From: Entomortierella parvispora E1425
Lineage: Eukaryota; Fungi; Mortierellomycota
Direction: 5' to 3'
Assembly (NCBI GenBank): GCA_020891255.1
Contig: BQFW01000006.1
Location: 372,001 to 436,000 of the forward strand
DNA length: 64,000 bases
The notes below the pieces were generated by a model that did no database searches, had not been told where the DNA came from, and saw only the letters and a program-made list of their open reading frames with translations. Below, piece after piece: positions 1 through 11,127 of this stretch (positions are counted from its first letter, which is position 1; every line of letters starts with the position of its first letter). The position numbers and the translations under genes are program-made.

Positions 1-139
1 CATGTTTGCACTTTGGCATACTTCCTCTAAGCCCAACAACACTAACCGAGATACCCATTAACAAAAAAAAAAAAAGTGACACACGGGTGTAGTTCAAATC
101 GGAATTTTATTGGCATGGAGTCTGGTGGCGCGGTGGACT

Positions 140-215
140 GCCTAGTGGTGCCTAGTGGTCTAGTGGTGCCTAGTGGTGCCTAGTGGTGAGGTCACCACTA
201 GATGCACACCACTAA
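140..215. repeat. Short tandem array of GCCTAGTGGT (5 units, one shortened) followed by two inverted half-copies (CACCACTAG, CACCACTAA)
   Basis: Directly visible at 140-187; reverse-complement cores at 193-201 and 207-215. Confidence 0.85.
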
Positions 216-783
216 TTTCCATGGCACCGGTTGAAGCTAGATGAAAAGTTTTTGTACTCGCGTGACAAATGAGTCTTGGGAGGTAATAACAGATATCCCC
301 TCAAAGTAAATAAATAGCTGACCCACCATAAATAAAACCACTCGGGATGCCCTGGATCTCTACCGCGCTCGGGAAAAAATCGATCTTCAGGTCCGCCCAC
401 TTGCAAGACGCGCCACACCACATGTCGATGGAGGACAATTCGGTACCGCCCTATTTGTTGCCCTGACGAGATAAGTCTTGAGACAATGGCACTCGGGAAA
501 GTCTTTCCTTGACCTTCTGGGACCTGGAATGCCAAGCAGGGGTGGGCTGGAGTACAAGATCATAGACACCTGTCTGTTTCGTAGACACCGCTCCTTCTCC
601 TATCTTTGGCTCAATGCGGGTTGACATCATTCTCATTTTCTTCTGATCCCAGTGCCCTTGGAGTGCTCTCACTTTCTTTCTTATTTTGAAAGAGCGATGA
701 GATGGTCCTTTCTGTTCAATTCAATCATTCCTCTCCAGTCAACCATCCATCAATCCGACATTCACACACATTGATCTTAGGAC

Positions 784-2088
784 ATGCCGCAAATTGCATC
801 CAGTCACCGCCAGACTCTGGCCACATTGGTTGTCATTGTCTTTCTCCTAGTGGTCGTTGCTCTCGGCCTTAACGTGACTCTTCTGAATCAGTCCGCGCCA
901 AGCAACAGCCATTGCATCGCGCGCCCCCCCGCGGACAACAACAGCAACGACAACAGCACCAGTGGTCAAGACGACCAAGACCCCATCATCACCGACGACG
1001 ACCTCGACTTTTCAGACACGCTCTTTGACTCGACCCACCTTGCTGTCCTAAAGGAACCCACGACCCCTCCAGAGTCCCTACCCTCCGACCCTTATGCACA
1101 CTATATCTATCGAAAAGTGTTCCCTCTGCCAAAATCCATGGAAGGTTTGAAGGGACCTGGCGGAAAGGGTCCAAAACGCTCTAGAACGAGGACAATTGTT
1201 ATTGGGGATGTCCACGGGCATCTCGACGGATTTAATTCGTTCCTGAAAAAAATTTCGTACGACAAGAAAGAAGATTCGTTGATCCTTGCAGGCGACATTG
1301 TCACCAAAGGAGACCAGTCACTTGGGATCATTGACCGTGCACGCGAGCTTGGTGCTTACTGTGTCAGAGGCAACCATGACGACAAGGTCGTGCGCTGGAG
1401 GGGCTTTTTGGACAGCCTGTCACTTGTGGAACTTCAGAGCTTGGATGAAACGGACCCCGAAAACGACGACTACCACAGGAACGAGGACGTGGAGATAGAC
1501 ATGGAGGATCCATCATCTCAGATGAAGATGTCGCCCCTCAAAAAAGATCCCTCCTGGCGACCCAAGATTCCCTCAGACCTCAACCGAAAGTCCCCACACT
1601 ATCATTTGGCGCGGTCCATGAGCAAGGCCCAGTACCAATATCTCAGGAAGTGCCCATTAATTCTCTCCCTCCCTCGAGAACTGTCCCCTCACAACATCCC
1701 AGTTCATGTTGTCCATGCAGGAATTGACCCGAGCCGCGATATCCTAAAGCAAAAGCCTTGGGTCCTTGTCAATGTTCGCAACTTGCTCAAAGATGGAACT
1801 CCGTCTAACCAAAGAGATCGGGGATTGGGATGGGCCAAGGCTTTTAATGAGCTCCATTGCGAAAAACCTCGCAAAAAGGACGAGGACGGTTTGCGCCCCG
1901 AACCGGACCTTGATTTTATGATCGTCTATGGCCATGATGCAAGTCGGTCCTTGAATGTGATGCCATGGTCTGTTGGTCTCGATACTGGCTGCGTTTATGG
2001 CCGATCTCTCACAGGATATGTTGTCGAGACAGGCGAAACCTATTCTGTCCCTTGCTCAAAGCCTCTTGATGTCCAGAGGATGGACTAA
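784..2088 (+). CDS. Calcineurin-like metallophosphoesterase (ApaH/PPP-like, similar to vacuolar endopolyphosphatase Ppn2) with N-terminal signal anchor
   Basis: Single 434-aa ORF; motifs GDVHG, GDIVTKG, RGNHD, VHAG, YGH and GLDTGCVYG in the canonical order; hydrophobic segment LATLVVIVFLLVVVALGLNV near the N-terminus. Confidence 0.88.
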   Translation: MPQIASSHRQTLATLVVIVFLLVVVALGLNVTLLNQSAPSNSHCIARPPADNNSNDNSTSGQDDQDPIITDDDLDFSDTLFDSTHLAVLKEPTTPPESLPSDPYAHYIYRKVFPLPKSMEGLKGPGGKGPKRSRTRTIVIGDVHGHLDGFNSFLKKISYDKKEDSLILAGDIVTKGDQSLGIIDRARELGAYCVRGNHDDKVVRWRGFLDSLSLVELQSLDETDPENDDYHRNEDVEIDMEDPSSQMKMSPLKKDPSWRPKIPSDLNRKSPHYHLARSMSKAQYQYLRKCPLILSLPRELSPHNIPVHVVHAGIDPSRDILKQKPWVLVNVRNLLKDGTPSNQRDRGLGWAKAFNELHCEKPRKKDEDGLRPEPDLDFMIVYGHDASRSLNVMPWSVGLDTGCVYGRSLTGYVVETGETYSVPCSKPLDVQRMD

Positions 2089-2599
2089 ACCTTGCATTGA
2101 TACCACGCCTTGTTCGACACAAGTAATCAAAAACACCAACATTCTACACCCACCCACTCATTTAATTAGCATAGCATCATTATCATTGTCAACCTTCACC
2201 ATTCGTCGTGTTACTCTTTGTTTTTAGAACCCCTTGAGACCCTAGATCGCAATTTTGCAATACACAAGTAAACGATGATCGTCTTCATACAATCACCTCG
2301 ATTCTTTCCTAGCTTTGAGCGCGCTCTTGATGCGATTAGTATGAATGAGTTTATATTTTTGAAAGGAACAATAAGATGCATCATATGGTTGAAAAGAGCT
2401 GCGCGCAAAATAACTGATACTCGCATTGGGCCAAAAGAAAGCTCAATGAGATGCTGAGAATGGGAAGATGCCAGTAGAGATCAATGGAGCTGCGGCAAAA
2501 ACAAGAAATAAAGGTGATCAAGTTTCAGCAGGACGACATTTCAGAAATATTTCGCTTCAACCGGAGTGCCTCTCATCCAAAATGATGTCCAAGGATCAA

Positions 2600-3620
2600 C
2601 TAGCCAAATTTGTTCACCAACACAAATACATACAACCCTCAGTATGAGATTGTTTGGTCAATGGTGGCAGGATTAAGGTGGAAGAAGAGGCTCCGGTGGA
2701 ATTCTTTGAACTTTATATGTGCCTCGGAGATAGATGTGTTCACGGATGCATCGCAGGACACATGGGGGATAGTCTACGAGGACAAGGATATCTCGAAGAC
2801 ATAGACACAGGAGGAGAAACCATATCACATCAATTACAAAGAATTGAAGGTGAGTTGGCATCTGGTGCACCTGCCGGACATGCGCGGCAAGACAATCCAG
2901 GTGATCTGCGACAAGACGACAGCAACTGCGCAGATAAACAAGTTCGGAGGGACCAAATCCAAAGCATTGCTAGACCTGGCAGCATGGATTTGGGACTATT
3001 GTATCAGAACAGGAACCCGCCTCATGACATCATACATACCGTCTCAATTCAATCCGGCCGACTCACCATCGAGACGCATGACAGCACAGTTGGAGTGGTC
3101 GATCAACAACTCGTTCTATCGATATCTCGACTCGACTTGGGGCCAGCACTCGATCGATCTCTCGCTACAGCAAAGAACGCGAAGACACGTAAATACGTCT
3201 CCTGGCTACACGAGAAGACAACATGGAGGCAGGACGCGTGCGGCTTCAGTTGGAAGAATCCGAGTCTACATCTGCCCGCCTTGGTCGCTTCTCAACCGAG
3301 TCCTGGAGAAGATCAGGATGGGCAGGGTACAAGCGACAATGACCACACCACAATGGCGGTCTATGATCTGGTGCCCTACGATCCAGTGCCGAGGACAAGC
3401 TACTGGAGCGGAACCCCATGTGGGAGTTAACAGCGAGGAGCGTGGACGACAGCAAGCTGTGATCATGAGAACGTCGAACGCTCTCAAGAAAGGAGCTTAG
3501 GTGGAAGTCGTCACCATTGGAGACAACTGGTCGTCGCCCGCCACGGTGGAGACTTGCTATCGAACATCAAGGGCTCTCGTTAGCAACCTCACCAACACTC
3601 TTCCTACCTTGCATCTAGAT
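2600..3620 (+). mobile_element. Degenerate, internally deleted DIRS-type tyrosine-recombinase retrotransposon (RNase H, Dam-like methylase domain, YR C-terminal tip)
   Basis: RNase H motifs VFTDASQDTWG, HINYKEL (after an in-frame stop) and YIPSQFNPADSPSR; methylase-like IDL...YICPPWSLLNRVLEKI...TPQW; then RTSNALKKGA*VEVVTIGDNWSSPATVETCYR, resembling the end of DIRS recombinases (GNWSS...Y); several stops/frameshifts. Confidence 0.75.
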
Positions 3621-4289
3621 GTCCCACCCGGCCCGCCCTAGGCATATCTTTGCTTGTAGATGGCATCGAGATGTGGAGCAGGCTGCAGTATCACAGTACA
3701 GTGGTGGCATAGTCGCACATTTTGACTAGAAGAATCCCTGGGCAAGCCCCGGGTTTGGAGCCAGATATCTTGGGAAGAGAAAAGAGGTTGGAGGAATGGG
3801 ATGGATGCTGAGGTTTGTATAAAATTGGAGATCAAGAAAGCGTCTGTGGGAGGTGCGTATGGTTGATGGTCGCAATAATTTGTCTCTCGATTTGATCTGC
3901 CTTTGTTCGCAGAAAGCAGCGCTGTCAAGGTGCGTGTAAGAGATCGAGACTGGATACGTGAGGTCTGGATGGGAGTCTGGATAGAGGTCGCAGAGAGGTC
4001 ACAAAGAAAGAAGCCAGGCCTAAGGCTGATCTGTCTTTTGTTTCGAGTATCAAGCGTTCATTGATCAATCGCCACACTGATATTGTAACCTTTTATTGTG
4101 AGAGCTGCATGACTGCTCGTTTACCACTGTAGGCAGCGAGGATTCTCCTCCTGGAATGGCACCGACCTAACAGTCGGAAGATGTGTATAGATCCCGACCA
4201 GACCACGCTGTTGCCCTGTGATTTGACTGGTTCAATCATAGACTAGCTTGACTCGTAGACAAGGAACCACCTTCAACGGTCGATGTAGG

Positions 4290-4697
4290 GAAGGGTACGA
4301 GTCAGCAGTGTCCAGGCTCTCCAAACGACCTTCTCAAAGAACTCGGGCATCCTGGTGGATGAAACAGTGCTGTCGCCATCATAGTTCATATCGCAAAAGG
4401 TCTACAAAATGGTGATGCAAGAATAGTTTAGTGCCAAGATACTTACAAAGATGCACTACAGGAACCAGCATGGATTTGGATAAAAAGGGGATACCTACCT
4501 TCCACAGCTTGAAGTAGGTTTTGTATGCTTGAATTGTCTTTGTACGCGTCCGGTTGAGGATACCTTCAAGGACAACTCGAGCAGACTCCTTCCTTTTGGC
4601 AAGAACGACTTCTTCCGTAAGTGAGATTGATGCCTGGTCATCAATGCAGATGGGGAGAACGGGACTTGTTCCACCCGTTGGCTGAAGAAGGAGGCCC
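4290..4697 (-). pseudogene. Crypton-like (Ndc10/tyrosine-recombinase DNA transposon) N-terminal remnant, two exons
   Basis: Splicing a phase-0 GT-AG intron (4402-4498) joins ...ILNRTRTKTIQAYKTYFKLWK to TFCDMNYDGDSTVSSTRMPEFFEKVV, resembling the Crypton N-terminal pattern (T..AY....W..FC....Y.DGD.V....FF..V); stops follow; family recognised from memory, not from a search. Confidence 0.45.
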
Positions 4698-4780
4698 TGT
4701 AGTCACTTTAGTCAATTCGGAGTGCCGAGCTACTGAAGGTGCGGTATATGATCAAGGGGGTACATGGCAAGGACGCGATA

Positions 4781-4914
4781 CATGACCAGGGGGGCACATG
4801 ACCAGGGCGCGGTACATGACCAGGGGGTATATGACCAGGGCGCACATGGCCAGGGCGCGGTACATGACCAGGGGGTTATATGACAAGGGCACATGGCCAG
4901 GGCGGTACGTGACC
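4781..4914. repeat. Degenerate tandem array of about 9 copies of (C/T)ATG(A/G)CCAGGG with short variable spacers
   Basis: Directly visible; lies just upstream of the minus-strand Crypton-like remnant. Confidence 0.85.
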
Positions 4915-6239
4915 AAAATTACGACAATCAAAGAGTATTAGACAATTGGACGTCACTTCCGGCATCTATGGAATTGTGCAAAAACACCGGGGTAAAGTGG
5001 TGCCGTCTTTTTATGGTTTTGATGTTACCACATATTTTCCAGCACGATCAAGATGTATGTATTATAACCATAGTTAGTACAACCAGTGGACCGGTTCATC
5101 TTTTGCGTTTTACCCAAGAAGACAGGCCCGAGGACCTCAAAGCGGCAATTGTAGCGGATTTATAAGTCGAGGGCATCTTCCACTGTTTTGCGAGACCGGT
5201 GGCAATTGTATTGTGATGGTTTTCGAACGCCTCGACGTGAATTGGGTCCAGGCCGCAGAGGCTGTAAGAGATGCATTTAATATAATAATAGTACCAAAAT
5301 AAAGTGAAACTGCATCGGAGGAAACTACCAGATCATCCAGCGGACCAAATCCAGGCCGAACAGGGTGCTCAGGCAGCAATGGGGAAGCAGGTCAATCATA
5401 TTTGTTCATACTTATCATCACTGCTGGGTTACTGCTTCGATTACTCGCACCAGTTCTCGTACCAGCTCCTTGAGTCGACGGTGTTGCTGATACTTTTGAA
5501 AGGGGTCCTGGAGAAGGCGGGGTGGATGTAGATGAGCCTTTAGTGCCCGAAAAGCCCTGTCTATCATTTTCATCGCTATCCTTCACGCCACTTGTCCCAC
5601 GAGTATTGCTACTAGCCGTTGGGAGACTGGCGAGTCGTTTTTGACGGGATACAACATTGCCTGCGAAGGGGACCTCCAGTTCCTTCGATCTGGTAGAGTT
5701 GTCGACCAATGGACCAAGCGCTTCATTTTCGACAGTCTTGTCCTTGTTTTCGTCCCGGTCTGCGTCTTGATTTTTTTGTTTGAGTAGAGACGGCTGTGGT
5801 GCATGATGCAGGGGTGAGGAGGGCCGGAATTGTGATCCGGGGGCAAGGTAAAGGACAGGATCTGACGGCAAACAAATGACAGTTGTATCATCTAAGATCC
5901 ACTTTAACAACAAAGGCGAATTTGTTGGTTAACCCTCATCAAGCCACGTAACGTCATTGGGCTGTTGGGAAAACATGATGCACAGTACAGTCCACGTCCA
6001 ATTGCGATGGGAAATTTTGATCTTTTCTTTTTTGCTCGCACAAATCCAATGCAAAGGCACATTTTCTGCTTTTCCACCTGATTTGCATGTTGCACAGACT
6101 TAAAGTTGGTGATTTGGATTGCGCCGTGGAAACTTCCTAGCTTGATGAGAGGGGAAAGGATGTAAGCATGAGAGCACAAGTGCAACCATCTTCCATGCCT
6201 GGCCCAAGGACTAGATTGAGGCTGTTGACAAAAAACTCT

Positions 6240-6247
6240 TATAAATA
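6240..6247 (+). promoter_or_regulatory. TATA box candidate (TATAAATA) upstream of the small secreted protein
   Basis: TATAAATA about 70 bp upstream of ATG 6314. Confidence 0.5.
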
Positions 6248-6313
6248 AGCCAACCTTTCCCAAATTTTTATTTTCATCATTCCTGAAAAACTCACCCTTT
6301 TCCTCATACCATT

Positions 6314-6649
6314 ATGCTTGTAACGGCATCAAGATCCATTATTGCCTTTGTAATCCTTATTGTCGTAGCCGAAAGTAAAATCCTCAAGTCCAGGAAGCCA
6401 GACGGGGATGCTGTCAGCTATGTTCTAGAATGTGGCGCTGGGTCTATCTCTGGTTCATGTTACGGGAACTGCAAATGTTCCGTACAGGGTCAGGTGGTGT
6501 GCCAAAACTTTGATATTCCCGGTTACCCAGAGTGCAGCTCACAAGCTGTATGCATCGAGAAACGTCAACGTCAATCAACCTGTCCCTCTGCCATGTGTTC
6601 ATGCAGTTTCATCGTCCGCAGTGATCTAGACCAAATCATTCTTGGCTGA
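6314..6649 (+). CDS. Small secreted cysteine-rich protein (111 aa, 10 Cys), function unknown
   Basis: Signal-peptide-like N-terminus MLVTASRSIIAFVILIVVAES; Cys spacing C-8-C-3-C-1-C-7-C-10-C-5-C-9-C-4-C-1-C; upstream TATAAATA and downstream AATAAA near 6695. Confidence 0.7.
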   Translation: MLVTASRSIIAFVILIVVAESKILKSRKPDGDAVSYVLECGAGSISGSCYGNCKCSVQGQVVCQNFDIPGYPECSSQAVCIEKRQRQSTCPSAMCSCSFIVRSDLDQIILG

Positions 6650-6897
6650 GTTTCCCGTAATCCAACCACATAGCATTGGTACACCAAAAAATAATAAATA
6701 CGACCAACATTTGTATTATTATACAGTAAAACCTCATCTCTGGGCCTGCGCCACCATAGTCCTTTCGATCCGCCCCGCTCCCTACAATTCTTCCTCCACC
6801 ACCAACTAGCTGCAAGAGAGAAAAATAAATCACCGCCTCCAAATATCTACACTCTCTCTCCTTGCTACGGACGTAGAGGTTTATTCAGCTGTACAAA

Positions 6898-9800
6898 TCA
6901 GAGGCCACCTTCTTCCATAAAGCGAAGGATATCTTGGCACATTGGAATAGAATCGTCTTCCTCGTCGATCTCCTCCACCTCCTCCAAGGCTGCTGTCAGG
7001 ACCAGCCAGACAGAGTCGCCATGTCCCGCTTTTGCCACGCTTTGGATAACGTCCGCTGCCGCTAGCCTGACCTCCTTATGGAATATCAATTGTTGGTCCA
7101 GCATAATGTCCCTTGCCAGCAAGAGCATCGTCCAGACCTCCTTTACCGGTATCCGTACTTGCTGCACGATTTGTGACACGCTCTTGAGGATTGTCATCTG
7201 TAGTCGATGCTCCTTGGTAAAGATTTTGCCAAGTCTCTGTCTGCTGTGGCTCTGTTGTTTCAGGCCTCCGTGGCTAGAAATGATTCTACTCTCCTTGTCT
7301 GCACTGGTCTCCGGTCCACCCAAGCGAGCGACATATCCAGTAGACCGCGCCTTGCCCTCCTTTCCGAATGGCGCCGGTGCCGTGATCCAAGATTCCATCG
7401 CTCTCAGAAGGAATGGCCAAACATCGTCCAAAAGATGGCGGGCTAAGAAGTCGCTGCTGGCTTTTGCCAACAACGTGATGACCTCGATCGCGCGCAGACT
7501 CACATAAAACATATCCAGTTCTGACCGCTGAAGTGCCCGACTGACAATTTGTGGCCAAAAGGCGTAAACAGCCGTGTTCAACTCTGTAGATCGACGACCC
7601 AAAACGACAATAGCACTTTGGATCACTTCCAGAGCGAGGATTTGCAGTCGAGGCGATGAAGCCGTTAAGAAGTATCCGGCCTTGTTCAGAATCCGTAAAC
7701 TGAGAGCTTCGTGCTTTGACATTGGTTCTTCCTTTGGTTCCTTGGACGGTTTTGGCATTTTGGAGCGAAGCTCTCCAAAAGACATCATATCTTCATCCTC
7801 GCCTTCACTCTCCGCCGAGTCCTCCTTCTGTCCAAGTCGATTTTCTTCCCGCTCCTTGGTATCCTGAAGAACTTTGTTGAAGTATTCTTCGATTTCCTCC
7901 GGCGTCTTTTTCTTCATTTCTTCATCAAAGTCCTCCTGACTTGGTGCCTTCTGGTCGTCCGTTCCACTAACCATAATGCGATATGCCCGAGCATATTCAG
8001 CCACCTCAGCAGACGGTAATTGTGCAGATGTGAGGCCATGAGATTTAGGCACAGGCTTCGCATCATGAGCAAGAGTAGACTCTGCAATGACCTTCACAAT
8101 CTCCACCAGCGACTTAAACAGACCTTCGCCCACCTGATCCTCTTTGCTCCTCCAACTATCAAGGGCTTCGAATATTTCCGTGACCGAATCCTCCAACATG
8201 GACACTGCAGGCATACCCACGACATGCACCAATGACCACAAAACCTGAGGTGTCGTTGGGTTAGCGCTAAGGAATGCGATCCGTTGGGAGACCTGTTGAA
8301 TCACATAGTCGTAGTTGGACTGGATCAAATCCCCGATGGATTCTGCATGACAAACAAAGGCCACATGCTCCAGGGCTGCATGGGCAGTATCGCGGACCAA
8401 TGCAGAATTCTGATCTCCGAGATGCTCCAGCAAGACATATAGCACCTTTATCAGCTCCAGCTCAAACTCTTCGCCGCCCATGACAACCGCCACAGATGCT
8501 ATACCCTGCAATAATAGGCAGCGAAGCAAGACATCTGTATTTGGATCATAAATCCGACTCTCTGGAAGCACAAAGTCGACACTGTCCTCATCCAGTGTCA
8601 GCATCAAGGCTTTTAAAGCCTGCTTTCGCGAAACACTCTCATCCTCCTCTGCAACTCGTGTTCGAGCACGACGGTCGGCATCCTCTCGGGCCATGGCGTC
8701 AGGCGACAATTGAGAACATGCAGCTAACACCTCCAAGTAGTCTTCTAAAATTCCACGTGCTGACCTCCGGACCTGCCGTTGACGCTTTCGCTCGAGCGCA
8801 GCCTGCTTTTTCAACTTCCTGTCGACCGACTCGGTATTTGTTGAGAGGGGTTGTTCTACAGCTTCGTAGGATGTCAGTCCTACGTTGGCAGCGCCCAGCA
8901 ACAGGTGATTCATAAGCAGGATCGTAGAAACGGTGTCTGCCCCGAACCATCCGTCGTTTTCCCGGACACCCTGGGTATCTCGCTGTAATCTTAACGTCAG
9001 ATCATCCATCCAGAGATTGAGGTCCGTTGATGCGCCGATCTGCCTTACAAATGCCAGGAATGCATCTGCCGTGGTCTGTTCCCTAAGATGAAGGTGAATT
9101 CTTCTGGGGAATCCAAACTTCCGATCTGACCCATGGCGCTTCATAGTCCATGCCGCCCACCGAATTTCTTCCGATGTCGAATCCTCGCCCGTTGTTGTGG
9201 AATTGAGTCCCAGAATTCCTCTTTGCTCATCCATGTTGTGATGGTCCAATTGCTCGATACGCAGTATATTGATCCAAGGCTGCGCGAACCCCCAAAGTGA
9301 CTGATAAGTCATGATTCCCTCCATTTCTCGTCCAAGGAATAACGCCAAACCTTGAAGCATCCTAATGTCACTCTGTTTCAATGACTCGTCAGGTCCGTAA
9401 AGGATCCGCGGCAATGCCACCAATCTGCTTCGAAGGATCTCCTTGCTTGCACTAGTAAGATCTTGACTCGTGTACTGTAACGCCAACACTCTTAAGTTTT
9501 TACTGGCAGGCTTGCTTACTTGCTCATAATCGTCTTGAGTAGATCCAATCAAAGTTTCCAACAAAAAGCAAGCTATACTTGTGGAACCAACGAGGTCCTT
9601 TGACAGGATGGAGCCTTGACAATCCTTGAGGATACTAAATGCCATATCCGCAAACTGGAGTCGGACTTTCCAGTGGGGATGTAGTCGAATCGGCCCGATC
9701 TTTGCGAATAAAGTCTGCAATCCATGAAGCAGCTTGTTCAGCCATTCATCCGACGCAAAATCAAGTTCCGGGCTGGGCGTTGCTGTAGATGCTGTCGCTT

Positions 9801-10919
9801 TGGCTTTGTACATGTCCATTAAACTGGCGCCGAGGGACGAGTCTGAGGAGGTGGTGGTACTCCCTAACGCGCGGCCTCGCTCCATTTGCCAACCTCTTAA
9901 TACCAGGACGACCATAAAAGTCCAGATATGGAGACAATGCGTCTGCACCAAATGATTTTCCTTCGGTCCTCGTTCCAGCATGATTTTAGTCAACCCAGCT
10001 GAAATTCCTGGAATCCAGTTGGCGACCCTCCTTGGCGTCTCTAGACACTTTAGCAGTTTCATTACGCCTTCTAATGCTGTAGTCCGCAAGGCGACAAGTC
10101 CAGCTTCCTTTGCAGTATCCAGTAGCACAACAATAAGTTGCCCAAGAAGACTTTGATTGACTGGTTCGAGGAGCTGCTCAAGGATAGAGCTGTCCGCGTT
10201 CGTCCTTTGCACGCGATCGCCGCCGAGAATGATCGAACCGTCTGGAAAATCGATGTCTGAAGCTGAAGTGTCGATTCCTGGCGTCGATGAACTGAGGGGG
10301 AGGAGCAAAATCAAACATCGCAGGGCAGCCAATCGAGTATCGTCCGACATGACGTCTTTTTCCCTAGCGGCGGGCTGTTTTCCTTGGGATTTTGCAGGGT
10401 CCTTCACGGCCACTGGAATTCCATCCACAGTAACAAAAAGTACATCGAACAAAAGACGAAGGTAGCGCCAGCCCGAATCGACTACAAGCTGATAACCATC
10501 TGGCAACCGCATCAAGGATTCGAAGCAGCTGCACCACGGTTCCACCACAAAGTCGAACCGCTTCTCCGTCGTCTTGAAAAGGTGGCACAGGCGAAGAACG
10601 TGGTTGAGTGTGTGATGAACATAGGCGATCAACTGCGTGGTCATGATCGCTTCAGGGTCCGGCATGTGCCCAAGCACAGATGCAATCGCGTCAAGATCGC
10701 GCGCCAACAGGGTTGCATTTGAGGACCCAACTGAGGGCAGAGACAATATACGGGAGGACGGACCCCTGAGCTATAGTGACCATCAAGATGAATTCAATGA
10801 GAAAGTTTCTCTCGTTAGCTCCTGGCACAGTTGTCATCCAGCATGTCCATAGGAAAGAAAAGTGACCGTACCATCTCAAAGGCCGCTTCGGTCTCTGGGA
10901 GAGTCTTGTTCGCGCTCAT
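6898..10919 (-). CDS. TTI1: TELO2-interacting protein 1 homologue (TTT complex, HEAT/ARM repeats); 2 exons
   Basis: 1282-aa ORF extended by exon 10872-10919 (MSANKTLPETEAAFEM) across GT-AG intron 10771-10871, in frame; helical-repeat character; segments IPGISAGL, HPHWKVR and QSNYDYVI are recognisable as TTI1-like. Confidence 0.75.
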
Positions 10920-11127
10920 GTGCGGTCCTCTGTCTGCGTTATTGGGGCTCTGGTGTTTGAGGTCGTGGGATCTGATCGCGAAGAACGAAGCTGTGCATTG
11001 CATGCAAGTGCGACTTTGACGTGCGTAATCACGTGATGATTTTTTCTTGTAGACTATCTTGTCTCTCTTTTTGTGGACACGGTTTTTTATTCTTTGGTGG
11101 CAGGTGAATAAGTTAAAGCAATGATGC

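Noticed and set aside
212-690. Overlapping minus-strand ORFs (60-107 aa)
   Set aside because: No recognisable motif or consistent splice model; may be a decayed gene but cannot be supported
4781-4914. CRISPR-like array
   Set aside because: Repeats are ~11 bp and degenerate with only 2-8-bp spacers, there are no cas genes, and the context is eukaryotic
5137-5913. Two same-frame minus-strand ORFs (173 and 80 aa) separated by one stop
   Set aside because: S/T/P-rich low-complexity sequence with a non-ATG start and no domain motif; possible pseudogene, not callable
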